Assembly: GCA_002633005.1 (NCBI GenBank)
Contig: NMRA01000032.1
Span: 538,911-602,910 of the forward strand
Length of the DNA: 64,000 bases
Source of the DNA: Phoronis australis
Taxonomy: Eukaryota; Animalia; Phoronida
Direction: 5' to 3'
Below the pieces are notes generated by a model that had not been told where the DNA came from, did not search any database, and saw nothing but the letters and a program-made list of their open reading frames with translations. Position 1 is the first letter of the stretch, and each line of letters begins with the position of its first letter. Shown in pieces: positions 49,601 to 62,005 of this stretch. The position numbers and the translations under genes are program-made.

Positions 49601-52600
49601 GTCCTCCAGCTTTTTTGTTAGCGCAAAAGGTCCACTTAGTCAGAAATTCGACCCCCCCCCCAAAAAAAGACTAAAGGCTGGGTGCGCTCATGCACTGTTA
49701 TAGTCTTTTCGTGACTGGAGGTTTAGTTTCCAACTCAAGCTGGTTTATGTTCGTGCCAGTCCCGGCGGCCGCGACGGGCCTGATCGGGTTCCGAGACACT
49801 GGCCGGGATAACGAGTCAGTCCCCGGTCGGCGCGACGGGCCTGATTGGGTTCCGAGCCACTGGCCGGGATAACAAGCGTTTTGTGTGTTTAGAACTCAAA
49901 AAACCCACAAGTATAAACAACAGAGATCTAGGGTCTCCTGTCTTTATTTCACGGAAGAATACTTCGAATTTATCTCCGAACAGATCCCAAACTCCTGCTA
50001 CGGACTTTGGTAAATTGGCCTGCCGAACTTTGTAGGCTACGGTGTGTCCAAACACCAGTAAATCCGTAACAGCGAAATAAAACAACACGTTTTATAAGAA
50101 CTCGGTGTATTTTTAGGGGTTTTACATCAAAGTTTTGATGATTTATTGGTGTTAAACGCTGAATTCAAGCGATAACCTGACACCAGTAACCCGTGTAGTG
50201 AACTGCTGAACAGACTGCGTGTGAAACCAATTACGTCATTGTATAATTTCAACACCTTCGTCTGCCGTCAGTTGTCAGGTAACGCAACCGAACCTGCCGT
50301 AATCGAGTAGAACTACTCGATCTAAATTGATACAAAAAAGATTGTTTTGGGGCGGCATTCTCCTTTAATAGGTACATGAGATCTTGTCCGCAATAGATGA
50401 CGACTTGCAAGTGCACGCAGCTCCATGCGTGCCTCGTGTCAGTTAAGGAATCGATGTGTTAAGTAGCCATTGGTCATTTACGTTGCAGTCAAGCCTAATT
50501 TCCCGGAGGTAGTCTCGGGACGACGCGATATTGACTCCGAATTACGGTCATGGACCGTCTGCTTTGCAGTCTAATCTCTTGCCTGGCGATCGCCGCGGAA
50601 CGACACCACCGGCTTCGAAATTTTAATCTCAAAACACTCTTCCTGGGATCACATAATATTTTTGTTGACTAATTCTGAAGGACAAATTTTGATTGCCAGC
50701 ACGTTGACACAAATGTGAATAAAAGAAAGATTTTCGATCGCTAGGAGTACTGCCGCCTGAGTTGAGTAAATAAATCCTCCCGACATCATTTTTTCATCTC
50801 TGGAAGAACATATAAAATGGGAGCAACTAAAAAGTACAGCGCCACCGACTCGACAGAACAGAACCGATTGAATCATATTTTGCCGTGAGCCCATGATTCA
50901 CTACCACAGTAATTTTACTTTGGTAGTAAGCGAGCTTTCAGGCCTAAATTACTACGCTTGCAGTCACTATATGACGAACGTTACGCAAACCTTTGGTGAG
51001 AAAAGCTTATAGTACCTGTATGAGCCAATTACAATCTCTGAGACTCCCATAACTTTTGGGGTAAAATGGCGTTGTGATGGTACCGGTAAGATCCGTGAAT
51101 TCATTACCGCATGCTGAAATCAAGAAACAGTGCAGTAGTCCCTTGTTTTGTTGTTTCATCTCAAAAATATAGGACACAATAGCTAGTGAGTGCAAACTCG
51201 TACTTATTCACAATATCACTGTACTCTCTTTATTTGACGATACTCTTTCTGTTTCGTTTTACTTAAAGAACTTCATAAAACGGATAATTTTGTTAGTTAG
51301 TTACATTTGTTCAGTCAAAACTTAGGCCCAAATAATGCTCATTCGGTGGTGTACCGTAGTGAGTGACAGCTGACCCATGTAATAGGTACTCACCCAACTG
51401 CCGTCATATGTAAAGAGGCTTCCTCGCAAAATTCACCCAATTTTCAAAAAATCACAAAAAATTAATAGACAAATAAAGCAAACATAATAAAGCTGAAAGT
51501 TGCGAAATTGTCAATGTCTAAAAAAGCGCTATACTACTTTAACATTTTCGAGGTCCTATCACAAATCTTAATTAGCCGTATTTTTGCGGACCACAGTGAA
51601 AGTTAGACCTTGATTTTTTGTTATCCGCGCTTCTAGGTTGTTTCTCATGTGACCACTTTTATTTCTTTCACGTTTCGTATTTTTGTATTCCTTGTACCAG
51701 TTTCAACTGAGTTAATTGGTAAAAAATAAAAGCAGTTGTGATGACAGCAATGCGAACTTTTCTTTCAACTTACGACTGGATGTCGTTGCAACGTCAGTAC
51801 ATGCAACTCCCGCTAGGCCGTCTGGGCAAAAACACGAACAGTCTGGTCCTATAAAGCCATTGTTTTTACAAGTTGTGCGAGTGCGGCAGTGGCCTACAAT
51901 GTAAAGTAGATGGTGTGTAATAAGCATAAAAAGAAATGTTCCATAATAAAAATCTACTCTACTGGCCATTATTACTCTTTAAAGACCCTAGAATGCGATA
52001 AATAGGCTAAACTGCAATAAGTACAGCGGTTTTCTGCTACTCAGGAGAGAGAATTCAATCTGATCACCAGGTATTTTTAATGTTTTGTTAGTAAAGATTT
52101 TTTATTCATGTTAATATCAAAGCATTTTTTTGGTTTCAAATTTCAAAAAACGATCGGTCAATGCTCACAACTTTTTTCGATTTTTCTCCCACAAGGCAAA
52201 GCATGGGTCCTTATTTGGTATGGCAAGACATAGACTTAGCACCTTTCCCTTATATGGAAAATGTGACCTTTGACCTCAAGCGACTTCAAGCAATTGACTG
52301 TAAGTGCATGCGCGCATTGATCATAAGTGGGAGGGAGAATAGAAACTCTATGGTGACCACAAAGTTGTTCCTTCGCGCAAATTTCAAAAATTGTGGATTT
52401 TGTGATTTTTTGGAAATTTTCTCACACTGAGGGGAAAGTGAATTACTCTACAATAGAGGTTGCGAGATGGTATTTGGTCACGAATTGTTGAAGAGATATT
52501 TTTGACCAGCTTTCGCGTTCCCCACCTCGTAAGGTGCGGAAAATCTAGCCGCTACGTGGTGTCGTGTCAACAGTAGCTGAAATTAATTTAGTTGCGGCAG

Positions 52601-55600
52601 AGTTGGGGGTCATATATTGTCGAATTCAATATTACCTTTTTCCCACGAAGCACACGAAGGTTCTTATTAACAATGTTCTCTCTGTCTCTCGTGGACAGCA
52701 TCAATTACCACCGGATACCTTACTTGTTTTCTCTCATTACAATTCACTTTCTCCCGATTTCATTTATGTTCTCTTCAACCACATAATATCTTTTTTTAGG
52801 AATAGTAGTGTTTTTACGAAAAGTACCAGCGAAAATGCCCCCACTATTCGTGAGAGTTGAAAACTGTCAACCTTGCTGCCGAATTCAATCTACGTCCTAC
52901 ATGAGATGGTTTACTTTGTATAGTAGAATTGTATACATCTGTCCGTATTAATCAACCATCTTTCTATGTACCACTTTTTGTTTTATAGAATGCTAAGTTC
53001 TTTTCATAATGACTCTTAAATAAAGTCATACTATTGCAAGAGTACATCCTGTTCAGCCACATCGCATCGAGGAAGCTCATCTTTTTTCTTTGTCCAATTC
53101 TTGTTTGCATAGCGGGATCCTTTGTCTCGATGGTTATGTCGCCTTTCTTTTTGGCGAATGACTGGAAATATCATAATCAAGGCTAAACAATGTTTAAATA
53201 ACTCTGTGTTAGCTCCTCTACACCCACAAAAACAATTAATAAATTAAGTTTCGGAAAATCTATATTATTCCCAAATTTTGTGATTGCCATCAAACTTGCA
53301 AGACCTTTGTGATCATTGTATTACGTTAAGAATTTTTTTTCAAGTTCATCGAAACTATTCCATAAACATTTATATACTAGTCCTTTTTCATCAAATGTAA
53401 TGCACTTACATTATGAAGGGTATCGACATAAGGTTTATCATCTTTTATATACGTAAAAATTTTCACGTTGGACCAAGAACAAAATTCGACTTACTGTTCC
53501 TCCGCTGTGCATGATGCTGGTGTAATCATAAGGTATGCCAAAGGTATTGATTTCGTCGTTTTCGAGTTTTCGCAAATTATGAGCGTACCGGGGAATAATT
53601 CTGTCCTTGTGAATTTTGACGTAGTCATCTCGGTCGGGACGGGATTGCTCGTTGTTGAAACCCAAAGTATGCATGAGGTACTTTACAACAACACCAAGCT
53701 AAAATGAAACAATGTTCAGGATTTTTTTTTTATTCGTCACAAAGTACCCTTGAATAGGATAAAACGTGCTGCCATCTCGCTGGTGCCGCTAGGTAGTAGC
53801 CAGCATGCAGGTGACCTCCTAGCGGCGCGCAGGGAACCAGCGAAGTGTTGCCATCGTAACATCGGGGCATGGCTATGCACAAACACTACGCTTACATGTA
53901 CGTTCACATGCCTCAAAAGGTGATAATGATTATACTCATGTTTTCCTTGGTACTTTACTACGACGATTGCAGGCGACTATACGAAAATACAGTGTCCCAA
54001 AAAGTGTATTCAGACTTCAAATAGCATAAATTTCATAGTTCAATTATTTACTCGAGAACAAGATTACTGGTGTTTATTCATAGAGGTGAACAAACAAGGG
54101 ATTATTTTTTTAAATCAGAGTAAAGGCACTGTTCATTAACCAGGAAAGAAAGATTAATTGTCCTTGAAACTACGCGAGGGTTCAAGCGCCAACTGCTACA
54201 GCAAGGTGTAGCCATACAATAGGCCCGGGTGCCGAATCTGATTTATTAGGGGGATGCATTTGAACTCCCGGCCTTGTACTAAAGTTTGAGTACATTTTTG
54301 GAATTTGTATATTCAGGCGATTTTTTGAAGTCTGTTTGAATTGTTCTTAGGTAACCACATGGGCCTCCAATTAGGCGACTCCAACGGGAAAACTAATGCG
54401 GTGGTCCCACTTCCTTCTGCAGATTTACAATAGGAAAAGTCCAAAGTACAAAACATCACAAAGGATTGAAAATTAAAGCTATGTCGAACCGCAGAAAATG
54501 TTGCTACAAGGGTGTACACAAGGTATGCTCGTATATCTTCCTTCAAATTCCTAGTTGGCGGACCAGGGGTTGGGATCAAACTATTCTACTCGAAATCGAG
54601 CTAGACATTATTTTTGGCAGTTTCCGTTCTACTTTTGTGCGAACTCAAGATAAGCCCACGTTCGCATTTGATGACAGCTAGATTCGAACATTCGTCATTA
54701 CGATAGAACAGTTATACTGAAAGCCGTTATGTACTGGAGCAAAGAATAATTAGTAATCATCTTGAGTTCGCACAAAAGTAGAATAGGAAGTGCCAACAAT
54801 AATATCGAGTTCAACCTCTAGTAAAAAGATCGGACCCCAGGCTCAGAAGTTAGCTTAGAGAAACCAGATATGAAGACCATTGTAAATAATAGGCACTGGA
54901 GTTACTATCCGGAATTTGTGGCATCGCTGTGAAAGGTAGCTTATTGTTTTGTTATCCAAATATTTTGTTTACAGAAAATTGGATGGAATATAAATGAGCA
55001 ATACAGGATTGTCGTCATTTTCAAAAACTTACGTAGTGGCAGTTCGTTCCAATGGACAATTCTTGGTCGAAGTTTCCTACTTTACCGACTTCGGAATAGC
55101 ATCTGCAAAATGCAGACACAAATGTAAAACAAATCACAGCTAAAGTTTTCACAAAGGTTTCTCTCCGGGCGCGGTGTACTTAAAAAGGATTCAAAACTCC
55201 CTTTGATGTGTTCACCAATAACTGTTTCTGGCACCCGATGTTACAATAGAGGTACCCCCGTGAGAGATAAATTCATTATTTTCTTCCGTTCGTGCCTTGA
55301 AATAGATCACGTGGGTAGGGATGTAGTCTTTCCCCACTGGTGTTGCTTAACTCACCCAAAGTGCACCGCACTTTGTCAGGAGTTTTCAAACATGCTCCAA
55401 TTTTCTATGTGAGTTCGCTTTATGTTTATGGTAGGATAGAACTGCGCTTAGATAGGCCTAAATGTCATCGAAGATCTTTGACATTACCAATGATGTGGTT
55501 ACAATTGCAGTTGGTGTAAATACATGTAGTAGTCGTGCCATGAACTATTAGAAGCCAGGGAGCTCTGTTAACTCGAGCTGGACCCATCCCCAGTCGACAA

Positions 55601-58600
55601 CTCCACCGCCGTGAATTTTCGGACTCCCTCACTCTGTCGCCACAAGTCTTCGTATACGAAGACCTTAAGTCGCATTTGAGTCCATCTACTTACCCGTCAC
55701 CTCGGTGAATTTTTACGTAGGCGTTGTGGCCCACCTTCCTCGCAAGCAAGGAGGACTTGGGGCGGAAACGGACACAAGACCGTTCCTCGATGTGTTTCAT
55801 AGCCAGGAGTATGGCGTTCTCATATTTTGTTCCTAAAATTTAGAATAGGTGCCTTGAGTATCCACAAGAGTAGTTCGTGAACAAGACTACTTCTGATCTG
55901 AGTAGCAGTGGGCCACCACAAACATACTAAGTGATGCTCGTAAAGAAAGATTTGTCTTTCACACTGAACTTCATTAAGAACAGAAAGTCAAGCCTGATTT
56001 CCGAAGACATTACAGGGACCAAGTTCACCTGATTTTAAGGTTAAGGGGAAAATACCCCAACGCATGCTCGCACCCAGCCTGTGGGGATCGAATTCTTGAG
56101 AATGTGGACCTTTTACTAAGATTCACGGGGTATGTTCCAAGCTATGAATTGTGCATTCGCCGAATTTTTGGTAGTTCCAGCCTATTTAGTGGATATTGTC
56201 TTGTTAATTACTTTCTTCGAAGTTTCTGTTTGTGTGAGGTGGAACGTTTTCAGTGTCCACTTCGCCAAATGGGAGGATGGGGGGCTCATTCGACCCCCAC
56301 CCCTGGGTGCCCGCATGCACCGTCACCACCCCTTATCGGCAAAGCCTTGTGATGTGCTGTTATACTTTGCAGATGAGATATGACCTAGAGGGCAATTGGA
56401 GAGGGATTTTGATTGATTTTTAAATATTTTAATCGGTTAATAGGGCCGGTATTCGGTCCTGAATTCGAGGCATCGATGGCCCTGTAGTACCCATACACTA
56501 GTGGACGTAAAATGAAAAATATCTAATAACCTAGTGATTTGTCGAAAACATAGGGTACAATCTTCTTGGGCCACTGACTACTTGCACGACCAAATGCTTG
56601 TCTCCTTTCTACTTCCCGCTGTTCGGGTACGCCACCATCTGCCGTGGATTTTATCGATTCCTCTATAAATTGCAGCTGGTCGCTGGTAAGCTTCATATCA
56701 GACTCTAGTGTATCCGGGGACTCTGTTTCCTCGGGGGGTTCTTTGATGCTTTTATCATGCTATAAAATCATATGCAGATTATTATAAAGAAATAACGTAT
56801 CGTTGACTACATATTCCCAGACCCAATGTCAGTACGTCATTGACTTTTTGCGTTATCTGAGCTCACCTTTGAACACTTTTATTTTTGTCTTATTGCTTTT
56901 GATATAAAATCACCAATTTTATATCAAAAGTACCAAAAAATCAAGTCCACCTTTCGGTCTGTTGTGAAATTAGAACACCCGCAAATGCTATCTAACGGCG
57001 CTGTGTCCCTTTCCAGTTTCACGGGGAACTTCATAGAAGCAAGTTTGTACAAGAAACTCGCATGTTGGTGGACGTGACACCTTGGCGCTGGGTACGCTCA
57101 TGCGTCACATTCATGTCCATGGAGTTATGAAACTTTCAATTGAAGTTACCCTTCTTCTATTTTCTCGATTTTGGGATATTGAATTCAAAGTTGTTGAAAA
57201 TGTAACCACTGATTAAAACAAGGTAAATGGTGGTTTTAAGCACTTTAACGGATGTAAGATCCAAGAAAAATGATCAAATTTGAAACATCATGTCTCAGAG
57301 TTCATATGAAACGTACAGACAATATGCTTTTTTGCGCTGTCCTCCAAAACGGTGGGAAATGTTTTCAAAATGTCCAATTTTTGCGTGACGGGCTATCAAG
57401 AAATAGGACCTTTAGGATTTTCATGAAAATTCTCAAAAGTTGCAGAAGACAAAAACGAAATGATAATTTAGAACACTATAACAGCGCTTTTGAGATTTCA
57501 TCTTAAACATTGATGTAATTGACACATTTTTTGCTATCAATGGAACTTTCCTTTTTGTTAAATTTTACTTAAAAGACATGGTCTCACGGATCTCAGTTAA
57601 TTTTAGATCAGTGAAAAGTTAAAATCAAATTCTACAAACTCTCGAATTTGATAAAAATATATACTTTTAGCGAGTTAAAATATATAGTTTTGTAGATATT
57701 TAGCTGGTAAATACATTCTAGATTGTCGACAAGGTCATGCGTAATTTTTACAAAGATACCAAACCTGGTTTTTGCCCATTAACAGAATACTAAAAATAAC
57801 TTTTCCGTCCATTTCTCAGGAACAAAATAAGGCTCCGTAACCCTCAAAAACCCTGAAAAGAATGAAAAAAAAATTGAAAACTGCTTTCAAAGTCTGCTAA
57901 ACGGGTAAGCGTGATCTGTGCTTCTGACAAATTACATGGCAACTATGGGAAAAGACCACCCACCAAGGACCATAATATCCAATATGTGAGGTAGAGAGGA
58001 TGAGTTTTTAGTTGATTCCTGTCTTTAACTTGCAAGATTGACGCCAACGGTGCATTACCAGGTAACAGAACGAGGATAGGTTGAAATCATCAAAACAGGG
58101 TTTAGTTTACTTTTAAGAGATTTTCGAGAGATTTTCCACATACTTAGTATGCGATGCCTATTTATAACGACTCTTAGTGTTCGTGATGAAGTTCAAGAAG
58201 TGTAGTTTAAGAGTCGTGCCAATTTTTGTTGTGTATTTTTTCTCTGTGAGGAATTATTACATAATTTATGTAAATGGACAACATATGTAAACACGAGCAG
58301 TTGAGACGGACACAGCCAAACAATTAAACATGCCACAAACCACACACAGTTAACTTGATTTCCAGGCTCTATTTGAAATTTCATTGACCATGAACAATAG
58401 TGGGTAATCACAATCGATCAAAAGACTAGCAAGTCACAGGACACACGTCAGGCATACTTGATTTTCCAAACAAACACATGTTCTTATCCTTCATCTGAAT
58501 TGAAACTTGTTGTAATACATCGCCCGGTATTCTCGACCCGAGCGCCCATACAACTGAAGTTTACAGGCTGTAAGTAAATAACTTCATAAACATAGTGTTA

Positions 58601-60608
58601 GGACAATGCTACGTCTTCACAAGCCTAATAACCATGGCTGTTTATTGACAGATGACGGTGCTTGTCCCTTTTAACATAGCTCCTGGAGAATGTCGTTATT
58701 TCTCGTCACTTCCCGAAATACTAGGTTTACTCTCTGATTCTGCGGTATTTACCCACAATGCTGACGGGGCATTTATCCCACGATTGAGCACGGCTGCCAT
58801 GCTAATCACTATTTTCCTTTAAAATTGATGATCTAGTTATCATTCTGATGCTAGTAAATTCTTACTCTTTCACAGTGAGTTGCAATGCAATTATAAACTG
58901 ATAGCATAACAAAACGTTCTCTACTTGTTCCATTCGGCTTGTTAGCAGCCCATCATCCAGCCTCGTCCCTAAGCCTCAAGATGACGCTGAGAAGCTTGGG
59001 GACGAGGCTGTCCTACATGTTGAAAACTAGGTCAATCGTATAATGTGTTTTTCTACCTCCGCAAATGAAGCGTGATGACTTTGGGACGTGGGATAATTGT
59101 GGCAACATTTTGCACTGGTGAAAAGAAAACGTGGCGACCCATTGATAACACGCGCCAAAGACGGTCTCTATGGCTACGATCGTGCGTAAGACCTTAGATA
59201 TGAGACCTTGATTCGTGACTCTACAATGACAAAAGCAAAAAAGCGGTGCCAGAAAAAGAGAACAGATTGCCGCGCCGAGAAAACCGAATGCTGTACTTTG
59301 TTTTGAAAACCTTCAAGGGTCAGGCAAAAACGGTCGCGGAATCGTAGTGTCACCACCTGATGACTGTCTTGTAGCATTACTGCATTGTCGTATTGCTACT
59401 CAGCGACGGAGAAATCAGATCAGTAGCGCGCGAGTTCCAGCAATCCAATGCAAAAATATGATTGAATGGCAGCACTTTTGAATCACATTTGTGGAACCTT
59501 AATAAATACTTTCAGAATCTAGTTTTGGTTTGTGTCGAGCATTTTTGTCAGGGCAGTAGAAAGAGATTTTGGGCTGAAAAGCGTGAATTTTTCTGTTTTT
59601 GCCATCTTTCTTCGGAGTTTGCCTTTTTGGTGGAGGTGAAGGGGTCAAAAATATGACACAGTATAAAGTTTTCTGTGGTCACGTGCGCTTTTGAGGTGAA
59701 ATGAGTTGTAACTTCACTTTTCATGGAGTTTTCGACATATGGGAAGAGATGCAGCAAGTTCAGTGGTGTGTGCACTACCAGGCAAAGCCCAGTGAGAACA
59801 GTGTAGAGTTCAATGTCTGTGTCGCGGCGCCGGAGAAAATCTAATCAAAATCATGTGCTCTCATTGAAAATACATGGAGGTTTCTCGCGAGGTCTTGCTT
59901 TTCTACCGAGTTACTTGCGTCATTGAACTCGAATTTTTTGCCGTGCCAGCGTGATGTCAACAGGTGTTTACGAGTCAACAACTCTGCCACCATGGCAAAT
60001 ACCAACGGCGCTCAAATAGTAGTGAACTATAACGTTCCATTGGTTTACATGACTGTGATTTTCTTCTTATATGTGTTTCCAAACTTTTCGTCACATTTTG
60101 CACGCCTACTTTTCTCTATTTGGCGGTGCATCAACGTTAAACAATTAACAATACTATACCGAAACTCGTAGCTGCATTAAGCGATTATCTCTTTTTTAAA
60201 TATTAAAGTTTTATTTTTATAGGTTTGTCCAAAATGTCCAACAGATCACATGAGAGACAAGTGTTAACTTATCCGGTATCTTATAACGGCTGTCTTTCAA
60301 ACCTCGTGCTTCCACGTATTTCTTGAAAGTGCATTCTAGTTTTTATACATTCCGCTATCTCACAAAAATGTTAAAAATTAGTCAACTTGATAACCGTATC
60401 CCAATAAAAATTCATATCACAAATGACAATTAATCCAAGCAACATGTCGCCACCCTTCAATTGTCAATCGAAATTCATTAAGGAAGTAAATTGATTGATT
60501 TTTCTGAGATTTTTAGATTCCTCTTCGACGTTTACAAATTCTTACCTCCGTTGATGATACTATCATAACAACTGCCAAGAACATAAGGAGAGCAATTGCT
60601 TCCTTCAT
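46562..60608 (-). CDS. Astacin-EGF-CUB protein (BP10/SpAN-like architecture), predicted catalytically inactive, 432 aa; full gene span
   Basis: complement(join(60546-60608,56531-56759,55694-55832,55033-55102,53495-53698,53032-53161,51774-51893,51016-51113,47332-47450,46562-46688))=1299 nt; all GT-AG, phases match, one terminal stop. Confidence 0.88.
47332..47450 (-). CDS. Gene 3 exon 9: CUB middle
   Basis: GPPGSTITLTFDDFEIEDDWECHWDYLEIRSYGPHHGGP. Confidence 0.9.
48727..48781. other. Assembly gap
   Basis: Run of N. Confidence 1.
49423..49692. mobile_element. MITE, C(A/G)TGCGCGCACCCA family
   Basis: TIRs CGTGCGCGCACCCA / TGGGTGCGCTCATG; flanks CACTA/CACTG; relative at 56063-56317. Confidence 0.7.
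49761..49872. repeat. GC-rich ~61-bp direct repeat, 2 copies
   Basis: CGCGACGGGCCTGAT(C/T)GGGTTCCGAG(A/C)CACTGGCCGGGATAAC twice. Confidence 0.85.
51016..51113 (-). CDS. Gene 3 exon 8: CUB N-terminus
   Basis: CGNEFTDLTGTITTPFYPKSYGSLRDCNWLIQ. Confidence 0.9.
51774..51893 (-). CDS. Gene 3 exon 7: EGF-like domain
   Basis: HCRTRTTCKNNGFIGPDCSCFCPDGLAGVACTD. Confidence 0.9.
53032..53161 (-). CDS. Gene 3 exon 6: astacin C-terminus
   Basis: SFAKKKGDITIETKDPAMQTRIGQRKKMSFLDAMWLNRMYSC. Confidence 0.9.
53495..53698 (-). CDS. Gene 3 exon 5: degenerate zinc motif and Met-turn
   Basis: LGVVVKYLMHTLGFNNEQSRPDRDDYV...YDYTSIMHSGGT. Confidence 0.92.
54566..54838. mobile_element. MITE with ~85-bp TIRs; relatives at ~3510-3610, ~10950-11050, ~13720-13945, ~45515-45785
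   Basis: TTCTACTTTTGTGCGAACTCAAGAT mirrored by ATCTTGAGTTCGCACAAAAGTAGAA; GGGGT/ACCCC ends. Confidence 0.75.
55033..55102 (-). CDS. Gene 3 exon 4: astacin domain
   Basis: GCYSEVGKVGNFDQELSIGTNCHY (astacin GCxSxVG...QxLSIGxxC). Confidence 0.9.
55694..55832 (-). CDS. Gene 3 exon 3: astacin domain
   Basis: AILLAMKHIEERSCVRFRPK...YVKIHRGDG. Confidence 0.9.
56063..56317. mobile_element. MITE, CATGC.CGCACCCA family
   Basis: CATGCTCGCACCCAG ... CTGGGTGCCCGCATG; flanks CAACG/CACCG. Confidence 0.65.
56531..56759 (-). CDS. Gene 3 exon 2: propeptide and start of astacin domain
   Basis: LESDMKLT (EGDI-like), EVERR-QAF putative processing site, WPKKIVPYVFD. Confidence 0.9.
58958..59010. repeat. Tiny MITE-like inverted repeat
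   Basis: CAGCCTCGTCCCTAAGC ... GCTTGGGGACGAGGCTG. Confidence 0.6.
60546..60608 (-). CDS. Gene 3 exon 1: signal peptide MKEAIALLMFLAVVMIVSSTE
   Basis: Hydrophobic signal, GAG|GTAAG phase-0 donor matching exon 2. Confidence 0.75.
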
Positions 60609-61121
60609 TGTCGCGTGTGCCACTTCAAAATAAAAAAAGAATTTAAATTAAAACTTTGACGACGTACAGTTGCGATAATGTGCCCTCGTCTGACTTTTGA
60701 CACGAACGTGTTGTAATTATACTGAAGTTTTGAAATTTTGTTTTTTATATTCCCATGGAAGGCTCTAAGCCTCACCTTGTGTGGATTCGTCATGCACGAG
60801 TTCGTGACATATCACAAGATGTCTGTGTTGTGACTGTTCAATTAAAAGTCCGTTCACACACGAGGCCAAATCACGCAATAAGCGCGTGAGTCTGTGAAAG
60901 ATGCAAACGAAAGGTCAAAGACGATCACCGAGGATGCGTTCCTTAGACCAAAGACACTCGCAAACCACTTGTGGCGAGAAATCTTGGCTTGTGAAACAGG
61001 GACAATGAATCCTCTCCCATAATGCAACATTCCAATCCCACCGATCAAATTCTTCAGTAACCGAAACATTGCTTTGGGGTGGTACCGAAGTAAGCTTCCG
61101 TGCATACTCACGAAACACGAG

Positions 61122-61964
61122 CCTTTCTCATTCTCCACGGTCTCCAATATCAGTACCAACAGGAAGTCATTATTTCCTGGTACCATAGGTGGCACTCCCC
61201 AAATATTAAAATCGAGGGGTAGCAGGGGCGGATCCAGGATTTTGAGTTAGGGGGGCCCAGGGCAGCATATTAGCCAGGATATTGCCCGACAGACATTCGC
61301 ACTTTCGAACTGCCTAATGGGATCTGGGAGAATTTTAGGGGGGCCATGGCCCCCTTGGCCCCCCTCTAAATCCGCCATTGGGTAGGCAAGGCTTGGGAGC
61401 ATTTTTACTTAGGTATTGCATGTAGGCCAAGTGAATGTGGTTTGTTTGTATTTGTGAACATGCTGAGAATGAAAAAATGCTACTTGCTCGGCTGTAGATG
61501 CACTCTTGTTCAAGATGGCGGCCCCCTATTAAGTCTCACATANCCTTTCTCACTCTCCACGGTCTCCAATATCAGTACCAACAGGACGTCATTATTTCCT
61601 GGTACCATAGATGGCACTCCCCAAATATTAAAATCGAGGGGTAGCAGGGGCGGATCCAGGATTTTGAGTTAGGGGGGCCCAGGGCAGCATATTAGCCAGG
61701 ATATTGCTCGACAGACATTCGCACCTCCGAACTGCCTAATGGAATCTGGGAGAATTTTAGGGGGGCCATGGCCCCCTTGGCCCCCCTCTAAATCCGCCAT
61801 TGGGTAGGCAAGGCTTGGGGGCATTTTTACTTAGGTATTGCATGTAGGCCAAGTTAATGTGGTTTGTTTGTATTTGTGAACATGCTGAGAATGAAAAAAA
61901 GCTACTTGCTCGGCTGTAGATGCACTCTTGTTCAAGATGGCGGCCCCCTATTAAGTCTCACATA
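61122..61964. repeat. 421-bp tandem duplication joined by a single N (contains MITE 61223-61380)
   Basis: 61122-61542 and 61544-61964 are near-identical with scattered substitutions; N at 61543. Confidence 0.9.
61223..61380. mobile_element. MITE, CAGGGGCGGATCC family, 5-bp TSD GGTAG
   Basis: GGTAG-CAGGGGCGGATCC...AAATCCGCCATTG-GGTAG. Confidence 0.8.
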
Positions 61965-62005
61965 ATCTCGCGTTATTGTTATAAACTCGCGAAAGGACTA
62001 TAGTG
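61930..62005 (+). promoter_or_regulatory. Possible promoter motifs (YY1-like CAAGATGGCGGC, TCTCGCG-type motifs)
   Basis: CAAGATGGCGGC ~61933, TCTCGCG ~61966, CTCGCGAAAGGACTATAG ~61986; may drive a + strand gene divergent from gene 3. Confidence 0.3.

Noticed and set aside
58866-58933. Alternative first coding exon of gene 3 (MEQVENVLL...)
   Set aside because: Donor phase does not match exon 2 and it is a poor signal peptide; 60546-60608 fits.
46562-60608. Gene 3 as a pseudogene
   Set aside because: No stops, frameshifts or broken splice sites over 10 exons; changes concentrate on catalytic residues.
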